Assembly: GCA_028534125.1 (NCBI GenBank)
Contig: CM052816.1
Coordinates: forward strand, 94,862,001-94,926,000
Origin: Lama glama
Lineage: Eukaryota
DNA: 64,000 nucleotides
Direction: 5' to 3'
Part shown: positions 11,318-24,094 of the stretch, one piece after another
How positions within the stretch are numbered: the first letter of the stretch is position 1
Layout of the letters: every line of letters starts with the position of its first letter
Position numbers and translations under genes: made by a program
Notes under the pieces: model-generated
What the model saw: the letters and a program-made list of their open reading frames with translations, nothing else
Database searches by the model: none
What the model was told of the DNA's origin: nothing

Positions 11318-13109
11318 CACCTGCATCCGGCTGCCCTTCGCCTACTCTCAGATGTGAGCAGATATCTTTTTGGTCAGGAAAGTAAAGAAATGCCAATACA
11401 TGCAGAACCGTGAGGGCTTAATTAATCATGTTGCCGCGTTTAAAATAAGTGAGACCCTGTTGGCCTGATTTCTTAATGCGGCTTCTTAAAACAACTGCTT
11501 GTGAAGGATTGGACGTGGCGAGGTTGGTAATCAAGTGCTTTGTCTTCTTTTAATCGAGGTAATCGCTATGGTCAAAAAATAAAATAGGATAAAAATGCTT
11601 ACAATGGAGACAACAGTCCCCTGCCCCATCTGCCCGCCGCCAGTGCCCTCGGAGACACTCAGCCTTCATTTTTGCTTTGTTTTGCTTTGTGCTTCAGTTT
11701 GCTCGTGATTATGCCGTGTCTGTAAACCACATGCTCGTCTCCGCATCTAAACCAAGTATAACAGGCTTGTTGTACTAACTTTCCACCGTGATGGAAGGGG
11801 ATTTTTTGCATTTTCACCACTCATGCCTTCTTCTTTCCAAAGTGGAGGGGTCGTTACCCTCGGTTCCTCTGCAGATTCACTAGGTAACTTCAGTTACACT
11901 TCCATTTCTTCCGTCGAACACAGAGCCTCTCTCTTATCACCCGTTTTGTTAAGATGAGGATATTAGTGCTGTGTCTTCACCTTTCTCCTTCACAACCGCC
12001 GGCATCATACTTGACTTTAATGGCCAAGGTTGAATAGAATTGCACTTTCTTCCATAACCGTAGTCAGTCTTCCAAAGTTTTCTGTAGCCTGATTTAAAAA
12101 CCTGAAAGCCGGAGATCAGCCTTTGCCTTATGATGGAAAAGCTGACCCATGTGGTACCTTTTCCCTGTGGGTCCGAGTGACGATGCCTGTCAACAGAGTA
12201 CATTTCTAGCATCATATCTGGATGGATCCTCCATCAACTATGATGCCCACGAACTCAACTGTCCGTTATTTCAGTAACCATTAATTCCTTGGTTTTCCAA
12301 AGATCTCACCACCTGAATCTTCTATCCTTGGGGCAGATTTAAATGATTGCCCTCTAGACCTGCTGCGTAGCTTTCCTGGGTTGGAAGCTCTGTCTCCTAG
12401 ATGCCATGACCTCCTCTTCTTTGGTTTCCTCTCTTACAAGTTCCTAAAAAATGGTGCTGAACTTCTGAAAATGTCACTGCTGAATCCTTATACATGATTG
12501 TTATTTACTAGACATGGATGGGTAGAAAGTTATTTTTCTCAGGAATTATTTTCTGGAATTTAGTTTTATCCTTGATACTATAAAAGTCTGTGATGATGTA
12601 TCTAGGTGATGCCTTTTAAAACTTTTTATTGGTATTGGTCACCTTTAATTGAGTCATGACCTTCAGTGCCCGAAAATCATCTTGTTACCTTTTTTAATTT
12701 GTTCATTTCTTTTCTTCTCTTTCTGGAGTTATTATTGGTCAGATTAGTTTGATTTTTCCTCCCTCTTATATTTTCTAGTATAATCTGAAGCCCTTTGCCT
12801 TTTTGTCGTACATGCTAAGCAACTTCTCTAATAGCCAAGGTTTCCCTCAGCCTGTCTATGAGGGGTTTTGTTTTTGTTTTTGCTTTTTGCAGGGGTCTAG
12901 GGAGGTAGTAGTAGCAGTATCTGAGTTCTACAAACTGTCTTTTGTGGTTTTTAATAATTTCTAGCCTAGTTTTATGAATGTAAACTATTCTTGAATTTCT
13001 CGAAGGATATTATTTAGAACTGAGGCTTTTTTGTCTCTTTACCATGAATCATCTCACTTTGCTGTGGCTTCAGTGATAGGCGCCTTTCTCATTGATTTTG
13101 CCAAATAAG

Positions 13110-13372
13110 CTTTTTTAAGTTGAACTATAGTCAGTTTACAATGTTGTGTCAGTTCCTGGTGTACTGCATAACAGTTCAGTCATCCACATACATACATGCA
13201 TTCCTTTTTGTATTCTTTTTCATTAGAGGTTACTACAAGATATTGAATATAGTTCCTGTGTTAGACAGTAGAAACTTGTTTATCTATTTTATGTATATTA
13301 GTTAGTATCTGCAAATCTTGAACTCCTGATTTATCCCTTCCCATCCCCTTTTCCCTTTGGTAACCATAAGTT
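13110..13372 (-). mobile_element. Truncated lineage-specific L1 3' end
   Basis: Same family as 6982-7263: tcagtttacaatgttgtgtcagtt ... tacaagatattgaatatagttcc ... ccctttggtaaccataag. Confidence 0.88.
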
Positions 13373-15019
13373 ATTTTAAATGTGGTCCTAAATTCTCTGC
13401 TCATTTTTAAGATGAAAGGAGTGCAGAGTTAATCTGAGCTCTGTGTACATTAGTGAAACTTGTTAACTGTGAGCTTGACTTTAGGTGAGCGGGTAGGAGT
13501 GAGCTGTTGTGATGGGGGTGTCCTTTAAGTTTCTTGATGAAGGGGGCTTTTCTCTGAGGCTCAGATATCCACATTAGCTTTTTAGCTCTCCCCCGATGCA
13601 ACCAGTCTCTTAGGAGAATATTCTTCTGAGTTGGTTGTTTGTCTTATTTATTTTTCTGGCCAGGAGAGAGGGGTCTAGGATTCCCCCAGGGCCGTCAGCC
13701 ACCTCATTGGGTCATCAGGACGGGGTCTCCTCTGTGCTATCCTGCCTTCCCCTTCTAAGTCCCCAGCCAACTCACCTCTATCTGTATCTCAAAGAAACGT
13801 GATGAAATTTCTCCCCTGCTGAGTTATGCCTTCTGTTCTCTGCTTTTCTCCGTTATATCCCAAATAAATAACGTCCTCCCTGTATCTACCGAAGTTTTGA
13901 GTAGTTTGGTAGATAAGACAAAGTGTAAATATTACTAAATATTATCTCTATTGCCAATAGAAGCCAGGTTGGAGGCATTACTTTGTTGGCCAATGAGCTT
14001 ACGATTTCAAAAGAACTCTGGGTTGTGGGAGGCAGGGAGTGCATAACATTAATCAATTCTGGGCATAAACACCTTTATGGAAGGAGACATTAGAACAGAG
14101 GGAAAACATTTTCCCCACTAATGTCCTCCAGCCTGTTTTTTTACCTCTTATTTTATTTGTATGATCACCCAGAGGCGTGGCTTGTCTCTCCAAAGCAGGG
14201 GCCAAGCATTTTGTCAAGGTAGCCTTTTCTCCGTCTTCATGGAGCTTTTCGGTGATCACCGGGACTCCTGGTGGACCTTTTATGTATCACACCAAGAGGT
14301 ACTGAAATGGGTCAGAACAGCACATGATTTAAATCAAATCCAGGGTCACTGTCTTCTCAAGATTTAAAATTAAATCCCAGGCTTATATATTATCCCAAAT
14401 AATGTCCAGCCATGTTATCCAACATAGCATTTCAGAGGTTCTGCAAGAATATTCAACAGCATCGTGAAGATAAAAAAAAAAAAAAAGAACAGAGACATTC
14501 CAGTAATGAAATGCCAGTGATGTAGGGATGCTTCGAATTTTAATGTAATCCCCACCAAATATGAAATTCCCAAGGAGAAATTAAAAATCAAAGTTTAAAT
14601 CCACTTTCATGTTGAAGTCCAAAGACATTAAAGTTCAAAGGAATTAAAGGCTAAAAATCCATATCTCTTGCCATTGTGTGTTGAAGTTCAAAGTCCACAG
14701 TTCTTAAGTTAGCTTAAGTATGAAAACCATCCTCCCCAGCTTTTTTACTCTGCATCATCTCTACCAGAAGGGTCCTCTGGGGTCTTCAGCATCCAGGGCT
14801 CCCTCTCACTGGAATTGGTGACCTACTCCTGGGGGCCTCAGAAGATGCAGTGTTTCAGTGTCAGCTCCCACTCGTCTCATTGTTCTAAGGTGTGAACCCT
14901 GGTGCATCCCCATCACCTTTAGAAAAGAGGCCCAAGCCATCAAGAGCCGTTGTCCCAGACACAGGTGCATCCCCAGGACCAGCTCGAGCCAAGACCGCAG
15001 CAGCCACTCAGTAAAGTCT

Positions 15020-15616
15020 GGATGGGTTGCCTATGGCTGCTACGACAAATTTCCACAAATTTAGCCATCTGAAACAATGTAAATTTAGTATCTTCCAGTT
15101 CGGGAGGTGAAAAGTCTGAAATGCTCACTAGGCTAAAATGGCTAAAATCAAGATGCCATCAGGGCTGTGTTTCTTTCTGGAGACCTTTAGGGGACAGACC
15201 TTGCCTTTTCTAGCCTTTTTAGCTTTTAAAAAAAAATTGCGTTCATGCATATTTTAATTAAATCATCCTAATACCCCAACAAATGCCTGTCTAGAAAGAA
15301 GCTGCCCACATTCCTTGACTGGTGTGACCCATTTCCACTGTTTTCAAAGCCAGCAACATGGCATCTCGGATGAGTCTTTCAAAGTCACATCTCCCATGAC
15401 TGCTGCCAGGAATGGTCCTCTGCTCTTAAGGACCCATGTGATTAGATGGGGCCCACCTGGGTAATCCAGGTGTCTCTGCAGGAGAATCTCCTCATCTCAA
15501 GATCCTTAAATTAATCACAGCTTCAACATCCTTTTTGCAATATAAGACAACATACCCACAGGCTCTGGAGATTAGGATGCGGGCATTTTTTGAGAACTGT
15601 TATTCTGCCCACCACA
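15020..15616 (-). mobile_element. MaLR solo LTR (MLT1D/E-like) with a short internal insertion
   Basis: ggctgctacgacaaatttccacaaattt ... aatcaagatgccatcagggctg ... tgtgattagatggggcccacctgggtaatccagg ... tattctgcccaccaca. Confidence 0.82.
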
Positions 15617-16055
15617 GTATTGGAGGGAAGAAGAGTAAATGGAGGTCTTGGAGCTAGTGAGTCAGGTGAGGCCAGTCTGGTGGCGCCTGGCTTCCAGAGT
15701 CCACGGGGGGTGAACTTAAGCTGAATCTGGAGAAAAAAGTCCCAGCACAAGGTTAATTTGGGCATTAAGCGTCCAGGCAGGCATAGCGTCTCCTCTTCGG
15801 GAGAGCGGAATTGTAAACATTGCTGCTGTCTTGCCACATTGAGACACTGTCCCCAGGCATGTAGCTTGTGGGTTGATCACAGAAGCATGTGTGGTATGAG
15901 TGATATGGACAAAGGGACTTAAGATCGGGATGAAACCTGATCAGCGCCAGTGGGAGCTGGTGAGGAAATCTGAGGGAGGCTTTGCCTCTTTGGTGTGGGG
16001 CCTGAAGAGATGAGGTCCAGGTAGAGATGAGGAAGACAACCTGGACAGGAAGGAG

Positions 16056-16555
16056 NNNNNNNNNNNNNNNNNNNNNNNNNNNNNNNNNNNNNNNNNNNNN
16101 NNNNNNNNNNNNNNNNNNNNNNNNNNNNNNNNNNNNNNNNNNNNNNNNNNNNNNNNNNNNNNNNNNNNNNNNNNNNNNNNNNNNNNNNNNNNNNNNNNNN
16201 NNNNNNNNNNNNNNNNNNNNNNNNNNNNNNNNNNNNNNNNNNNNNNNNNNNNNNNNNNNNNNNNNNNNNNNNNNNNNNNNNNNNNNNNNNNNNNNNNNNN
16301 NNNNNNNNNNNNNNNNNNNNNNNNNNNNNNNNNNNNNNNNNNNNNNNNNNNNNNNNNNNNNNNNNNNNNNNNNNNNNNNNNNNNNNNNNNNNNNNNNNNN
16401 NNNNNNNNNNNNNNNNNNNNNNNNNNNNNNNNNNNNNNNNNNNNNNNNNNNNNNNNNNNNNNNNNNNNNNNNNNNNNNNNNNNNNNNNNNNNNNNNNNNN
16501 NNNNNNNNNNNNNNNNNNNNNNNNNNNNNNNNNNNNNNNNNNNNNNNNNNNNNNN
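16056..16555. other. Assembly gap, exactly 500 N
   Basis: N run read directly from the sequence. Confidence 0.99.
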
Positions 16556-17708
16556 GGAGCCCCCAGGAGGTAGTAGGCGACCCAGAAAGGAGGAATGGCC
16601 TCCTGCCCTTTGCATTATAATTTGTTCTGGAATCCCTCAACAGTGTTCCTTATGCTCCAGACATGACAAATACAGCTTTCTCCCACCTTTACCTCCATGC
16701 CTTTCTGGTTGTTGGTCTGGGGACAGATCCAAGTCATGGTTTCCACGCTGGTTACCGAGTCCACATTCCCCATTACTCCATCCTGCTCGTGGGACCTGGT
16801 GGCTGGTTCTCACTCCAGTCAGTTCTCTCCTAGGAGGCATTCCCGCCCCTCTTGTCAGTTGCTGCCTAGCCTGACTGAGCTCCCCAGATGCATCCGGGTC
16901 CCCTCCGTGCCCAGGGCTTAAGTTTTTCCCCTTAGCCTCCTGGGCCTGGATACTAACAGACTCTGCCAGCCCCATGTCTTCAGGCTGCCAGGAGTGCCCA
17001 GTCCTTTCTGAACTCAGCAGTGGACGGAAGGTCTCCGCTCGGATTCGAGCCATCATCCCTGCTGCACGTGAGTCCTTCATGGCCGGCTTACATCATGACA
17101 GGTGTGCATATTTCAGTTTGGTTCTCTGAGGAGCCAGCTTACATTTCCATGTTTGCTGTGGAGTAGTAGGACCAAAAAGTCTTTCCCAGCTGAGCCCTTG
17201 GACAAAGATGGAGACAGGACGGGTGTTACCTGCCTTGGGGGTCAGGGGCATCAACAGATCAGCCCACCTCCCTGCAGGCACCACGACGCCGAGATGCTAC
17301 AACCCGGGAGGCACAGGAGCATCACTTAGGATTCAGCGTCTGAAATTTTAAAGCGCGTTCTCAACTAATCACAGTGATTTTCTTTTTAATGCTGTAAATA
17401 TCAACTTAGAATTCTACCTTCAAAATAAATTGTTACAATTTAAGCCCACATTATCCTACTTTTCCTGCTAGTTATGAATTAGTGCCCAGTGAATTCCTGC
17501 CATGAAGGTCAGTGTTGTAAGTTATTTTCTCAAAGAGCAGAGTCCTTAATTCATCATTCCCCCCAAGTGAAAAGTGTGTCGTTGTCATTATCCCTGTGTT
17601 GGGATGAGAAGGAAACATTGAAAGGCTAACATCGTATGTCCCAAACCGAAAATTCTTTCTTATTTAAAGAGAATCAATTTAGAATACAGATACATGCTTT
17701 CTCCAAGC

Positions 17709-17717
17709 CACACGCAT

Positions 17718-17763
<46 letters not shown>

Positions 17764-17780
17764 ACACATATATATATATA
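17709..17780 (+). repeat. Compound (CA)n(TA)n microsatellite
   Basis: Long CA run followed by a TA run. Confidence 0.96.
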
Positions 17781-18734
17781 AAGTTAAATATTATCTAGGC
17801 TTACCTATTTTGAGAATAATTTAAACCTTTAATTGGAGGGTATGAATAAGATGAAATGTCCTCAGACCTCAAGCATTAACTTTTAGGAGTGGAGGTCAGA
17901 ATATGATTTTTTAAAACCGCTAACTAAACATCCCTTTGTGAAGAGAATTGAAGGAATTATAGAGCATCAGTATGTATGTATCTGTAAACACATATATTTA
18001 AAGGCATAGCCCATATTTTACATTGTAGTCTTGTTTTAGAAAACACAGTACAGTGCTCTGCTTTTGTCTTTACAATGAAATGTCCATGTGATTTATCTCG
18101 AGATGTCTCCATCAAGGAAAATGTGGCCATCTGAAACTGAGAAAAATTAATCAAGCTACAAAAAATTGCTTATTACTGAGCATATCAATCAATTCCATAA
18201 TTAATAAATAATTGTAAAATATATGAATTATCTCCATGTGGTAGTTTTAAATAAGAATGTTTGAGCTGTGAAATATAGTCGTCATGTAGTCTCAGAAAGA
18301 ACACTAAGACGTAGGTCTTTCTTCTTTTTAAGTCATGTCTTTCTAAGAGCTAAATGTAAGTAGAAGATCCATGATACACTTGTCTTCCTCCTACACTAAA
18401 TTGATATCGATAATTATATTCTTTTCCAGGTTGAAATGATTAGATATTGTGATTCCTCTGAGTCTAATTAATTTTAATGGCAAAAATTTATATACTATAA
18501 GTGTCTAATTTTATATACACTTTTAAAATAGTAAAATTCTACAAGGCTTTACTGAATTCTCTCATCTCAAATATAGCAGGCTTCCTCATTGACCTTCCTC
18601 CTCATTTTGCTGGGGCATCTCCCATTGTGAGGCTGTGTCAATCATCCTCCCACCACCAGTGTGGCTATGACGTGCTTTCCGGATTTTCCGTTCACAATAT
18701 ATGGTGGATATTTGAAATCACCTCCCTCTTTTGT

Positions 18735-18850
18735 GAGCATTAACCTGTAAGTTCCTGGAGGGCAGGGACAGTGTCACTGTCATCTGTGTAGCTGTGACGC
18801 TCAACCCAGCACACGGTTGAGTTCAGTAAATCCTTCCTGGATTAATGTGT
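18735..18850 (+). mobile_element. L2 3' end remnant
   Basis: ctgtaagttcctggagggcagggacagtgtc ... cagcacacggttgagttcagtaaat. Confidence 0.7.
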
Positions 18851-19189
18851 TTGGAAACTCTACCACACTTTGACCCTTATTAAGCTGCACATCTGCTCTC
18901 AGACATACTCCCTAGCTAATAACCACTGTTCTGTTCTCCTTTTAGTTACTGAGAGAGAGGATTAGAATAGTGGCAGACTTGCTCCTGTTCACTGACTGCT
19001 CATCTGTCTCTGATTTCAGGGTCAGAGCTAGCTGGATGAAAGCACACTAATACTTTTGTAGAGAATACCAGGGCACTATTGCAAGAGCCAGAATGGGCGA
19101 TGTCTTTTTCACCTCAAATAATATAAACCCAGCTTGAATTCTAGGTTAACTTTTTGTCTTTTTGAATTCTTCCTTTTCTATTTCATTAT

Positions 19190-19472
19190 TATCTCCATTG
19201 CCACTTCCACCACCATCTCCTCACCACCTCCATCACCATCATCACCACCTCCACCTCCATCACTGTTATCACTACCTCCACCACCATCACTACCATCACG
19301 ATCACTGCGTCAACCATGATCACCACCTTTGCCACCATCACCACCACCACAACCATCACCATCACCACCTCCACCACCATCACCACCTCCACCACCATCA
19401 CCGTCATCACCATTACCACCTGCCCCACCATCATCATCACCACCACTACCACAACCTTCACCACCACCATAC
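19190..19472 (+). repeat. Degenerate (CAC/CAT)n trinucleotide low-complexity tract
   Basis: About 280 bp of caccaccatcac-type units. Confidence 0.95.
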
Positions 19473-22400
19473 CAGTAACTGTCAGGAATCAATGTGTTAC
19501 TTTATATACACTTTTCTGGTATAAACAACTTGACATAGTTTTAAATTAATTGATGCATTTTTTATGTAATAAAATTGAGGATACTTTCCATCTAATGATA
19601 TTTTATTATCATGAAACATAATGCACTTGGAAATATAATGGACAATGCTATCTAAATATTGCCATAAAAACAACTCAATATCAAAAGTCACAAAATTTGT
19701 TTTTGCAAGATACTTTTCAGAATTTAAATGGATGATATGAACATTTCTATTTAAGAGTTAACTCAGTATAGTTTAATGAGGGCATATTATAGATCTAATG
19801 ATGCCCCCCAGAATCTCACTTCTCCTATTTTTTTAGCCTGTAGGAGATGGCAAGTGAAAGTTGTTCTTAATCATTGGCGGTGCATATCTGTTTACATATA
19901 TTTTGATTATTTTTTCTCTTAAAAACTCCAGAGTCTCAAATAAATAGTGCCTTCCATCCTTGAGCAGACAAGAATTTGTTTGCTGTTTTTCATTTTTCTG
20001 TAACGATGTAGGTCCTGACCAGAGATAGTCTGTTAGATGTCGCCATGCTGTAGAGTTGGCAGGAAACTGAAAGCCATAAGCCTTGAGTTTTGTATCTGAA
20101 CAGTGCTTTTCCTGTCTGGACACCTAGAAGCAAAAGCACAAGAATTTCTCTTGAGTCTAAGACACAGACTAGCTACAACCCACTCTTCTTAGAACTCTAA
20201 GATCTTATTTGCTCCATGCTGAAAATCTAAGTGTTTGGCGATTTGTTAAGTTTAGCTAAGAGATGTAATACTCACCCAACTTTACAGGTGTTATAAAGTC
20301 CATCTGTCTGTGACATTCAGTCAGAGGACTGTGTATCTGGACTTCATTAGCTCAGACTCCAGAAGAGAAGTTTTGTTTTTTTTTAATGCTATTATCCTTA
20401 ACTCTCTTTAAGAATTTATTTTAAAAACTTGTATGAATAACACATCAGCAAATCCTACTGCCTTGCTCTTACAGTATGTCATTTGCTCTCTTATTAAGTC
20501 ATTTTTTTCTTAAATCTGTTGGTGGTGGGGACAAACAGATGATTGTTGAGTAGGGCAGTGACACTAATCCCTACTGCTGGGTAGGAACATTAGTCTGACA
20601 GCAGTGACATGATGGATTGGAATAAATAGCCGGGTTTGGGATAAACAGGGGTGGTGAGAGCAGTTAGATTATTGTGGTATTTCTAGATAAAAATGATGTG
20701 GTATTTTAAGCTAGAAATAATGAATCAGAATTGTGACAACAGAGTCCAATTAGGATGATGCTGGATCCTGAGTTCCCATTATTACAGATTGGGGGAAGGA
20801 AGCTGCACATCCCAGAGTAGCGTGCTATGGAGAGAGGGGGAGAAATTACTAGTTAGGTAAGTTGGAGCTCATTCCAGGGGTTGAGTTCGTCCTGCTCTTC
20901 AGCCACATCAACGCTACCACCCTCAACCTACAAACACAATACAGTGCGTCTACTTCCTAATGAGGATGGCTCGGGCCTTACAGCCTTAGACTCTGGCAAC
21001 AGGGAAGAGAGTTTGCCATTGAAACAGTGTTAACATCCGTTGTCAACAACATACATGTCTATTGGCTGCAGGTTCCCCAAAGTCTTTTTACACATTCTGT
21101 TTGTCATCGTTTAAGCTTGCTCCTAGCAGGGCACAAGGACACAAGACAAATCATGTCAGTGGCAAACAGCAAAGACAGATGCCACCTGGATTTTAAAAAG
21201 AAGGAATAGTCATAGAAAACAAATGAATTCGAAAGTACCATTACAAGTGAAATGTGGTATCAGTACTTAAAAAAAAAAAAAGAGGAAGATCAGAGATAGG
21301 AAAAAGAAATAACGATTGTGGGCATCAGTACTAGTTCTGATACCCTCTAAATTCTTCTGGGTCTTCACAAGCTTTGCAGCTTTCAGTAGCTTTGTGTATG
21401 TGTTTATTCCCAAGCATGACCCAGTTGGGAAATAAAATAAAAATTACGATCTGGCATTTCAGAAAACAACATGCAAGCAGCTAATACGCTTATAAGGAGA
21501 GGTTTAATTGAAAGGAATGCCAGTGGGAAGAGACACTGTGTTTGGTGTTAGCTCTCCAAAGATCAAAATGATGGCTGGCTTGCAGCATTGGCTGGAGCCA
21601 GCAGACTGGGCATCGCTGGTGAAAGCGTCACGAGTGCCATGTTTCTGGGGAGCATTTTGGCAACGTGCCTCAGCAGTTAAAATGTAAAGACTCTTTACCT
21701 AGCCATACAAGTTATAGGAATTTATACTGAGAAGCTACTAAGAAAAATCTTAACGCCAAGTGAGTTAATAGACAGAAAGCATGTAAAATATTTCCTGGCA
21801 CACAGTAGGAGCCAATGTCAGCAAAAAAAAAAAAAAAAAATCAGAAACTACCTGAATGTCCATCAGTCCACAACTGGATGAAAACAGTCCGTCAGATAAC
21901 ACCCTACCATGCATTAAAAATTAAGATATTTTTATTTAGATATAGGCATTTGTTGATAACTAGATATTTGTTGATATCAATATATATCCATGACACACGT
22001 TGAATATAAAGAACATATTAAACAGCGTGTATACTGTGGTCCTGTTTCTGTAAAGTGACCCACAAGGACGTACACCAAGCGTGTTCCCTCAAACATGATT
22101 ATCTCTCGTGGGTTTCTTGTCTTCCCCCCCACTTCTCCTTCATCTTTTTTTAATAGACTGACGATTTTATGGTTATTCTGTGTTAATTTTATAATCAGAA
22201 AAATAACATTATTATTATCTTAGAAAACTTTATATACCAAAAGTATATAGCAAAACATGCACTTTGGGGGAAATTAAAATCTGATAGAAATTAACTATCC
22301 TGTAAAAGGGAGTTCAGTTTTTTACTCTGTATCCATGCAGAGATACCGCTAATATCAAACAAAAATAGACGTATTCTAAAATTTGGTTCGAAACAGACAA

Positions 22401-22982
22401 AGTGTAGAAAATCCCAAGTTTTGGCTTAATGACTCATTGAAAGTCGCCTTCAATTCTCAGGAAACGGTGTCGTTTTTGTACTAACCTGAGGCTTAGTCAA
22501 CAGATAAATGCATTACATTTGTGCAGCATATTCAACAATAGCTCTAAAAGTCATTTTATCAATTTTGTAATTTTACCTGAAGGAGTAATGCTGAATGTCA
22601 CATAGCATTTCAGTAAGCAAGATTGTCACTTTGCCTAAATTGTTTTCTGAAAATCCTATTACATTTTACATTCCAATCATAATAGAGGCCTTGCCGTTAT
22701 GCACGCTTTGCCGCGCTCTGGTTCTGTGGCTGCTGCTTTGATTCGGGAAATACCTAAAATAAGTGATTTTATCCCCTCACGTCATTTGTTCTGCTTATAG
22801 TCACTGAATACATGCTGTAAGGATCAGCTGGATAACTCGTTTTCATTTGTCCTCAATCAACCCACTGATGGGCCTAAAACAGATGCTTTTAAATGAGAAC
22901 GGCAGCTCAGTTTTTCATGAATGTGGATAATAAAAGAACTTGAACTTTCAGAGTCCCTGTGATTTAAAAAAAAAAAAAGTTC

Positions 22983-23109
22983 GGGGCGGGGCAGTGGGTG
23001 TAGCTCAGTGGCAGAGCGCATGCTTAGCATGCACGAGGTCCTGGTTCAATCCCCAGTGCCTCCATTAAAACAAACAAACAAACAAACAACTCAGCAACTA
23101 ACAAAAAAA
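22983..23109 (+). mobile_element. tRNA-derived SINE, camelid Vic-1-like
   Basis: gggtgtagctcagtggcagagcgcatgcttagcatgcacgaggtcctggttcaatccccagtgcctcca contains A box TAGCTCAGTGG and B box GGTTCAATCC, followed by an (AAAC)n tail. Confidence 0.88.
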
Positions 23110-23229
23110 GGTATCTGCTCAGACTCAGGAGAAGCGTTTCCCACCATTAACAGTCTGTGCCGCTGTGTTTTTCGTAGTGCTTTTCTTCTTCCTGCCAAAA
23201 AGCCTTCGCCACCAGATTCTAAATGCAGG

Positions 23230-23700
23230 CGTGCTTAGGACCAGCCCTGGGCTTTTGGTTCTTTATTCTGAACTCTATTTCTGTGACTCCATCCAGTCCC
23301 ACAGTTTTAAATACCATCTAACCGCAGGCGGCGCTAAATTTATCTCTCGAGGGCTGGGCTCCAGACTCGTGCATCCAGCTGCCTCTTGACATCTCTGTTG
23401 GGTATCTAATTGGCATCTCACAGTTAACACATCCCAGACTGCAATCCACAGTTTCTCTCCAGTCCTCTTTTTCCTCCAGTCCTCCTCACCTCTGTTGCAC
23501 AATGCCAGGACCTCTCCATTTCATCGGCCCCTACGCCCAGTCCATCTGCCAGGCCAGACATTGTAAGTCAGACCTGACTGCTTCCATCTCTGCTGACCTG
23601 ATCATTTCGCCCCTGGGAATCGAAGTAGCCTTCTAACCGGCCTGCTCACTCCTTACCTCATTTCAGCCCATTCTGTGCTGAAAACTTCCAGAATGGTCTT
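23230..23700 (+). mobile_element. L2 ORF2/3' remnant
   Basis: ccatccagtcccacagttttaaataccatcta ... gacatctctgttgggtatctaattggcatctca. Confidence 0.7.
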
Positions 23701-23714
23701 GAAAAACCACCTGT

Positions 23715-23858
23715 CCTTTTGGGGTGATGGAAGTGTTTTGGACTAGATCGAGGTGATGGTCGCGCATCATTGTGAATGCACTAAATGCCACTGATGTGTA
23801 TACTTTAAACTGGTTACTTTTATGTTATGTCATTTTCATCTTACTAATTTTAAAAAAA
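23715..23858 (+). mobile_element. L1MB-like 3' end
   Basis: ttttggggtgatggaagtgtt ... ttgtgaatgcactaaatgccactga ... ttttatgttatgt, then an A tail. Confidence 0.8.
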
Positions 23859-24094
23859 GTTTTTTAAAAAGGTACTCCAGTAGCTGAGTGACTGGGAATT
23901 TATGTTGTACTTTGTTTTTTAGTGCTGTAGATGCACCAGAAGGAGGGAAACGTAAAAACAAAGATCTAGTTGTGACAGTTACCTGCTAAATGATGTCCCT
24001 CTGCACTTACTGATAAAACAGAAACTTCTGACCACGGCGTCCAAGGCCCTTTTTAGTATATGCCCCCTCCCCGCATGCTCTCGTCAGGGCACCA

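Noticed and set aside
15765..16640. 197-291 aa ORFs
   Set aside because: Artefacts of translating through the 500-N gap.
19162..19549. His-rich, Thr-rich, Pro-rich, Val-rich and Gly-rich ORFs
   Set aside because: All are translations of the same CAC/CAT simple repeat, which lacks stops in most frames.
22995..23065. tRNA-Ala gene
   Set aside because: The acceptor stem is imperfect, there is an A-rich tail, and a second diverged TSD-flanked copy lies at 48268. This is a tRNA-derived SINE.
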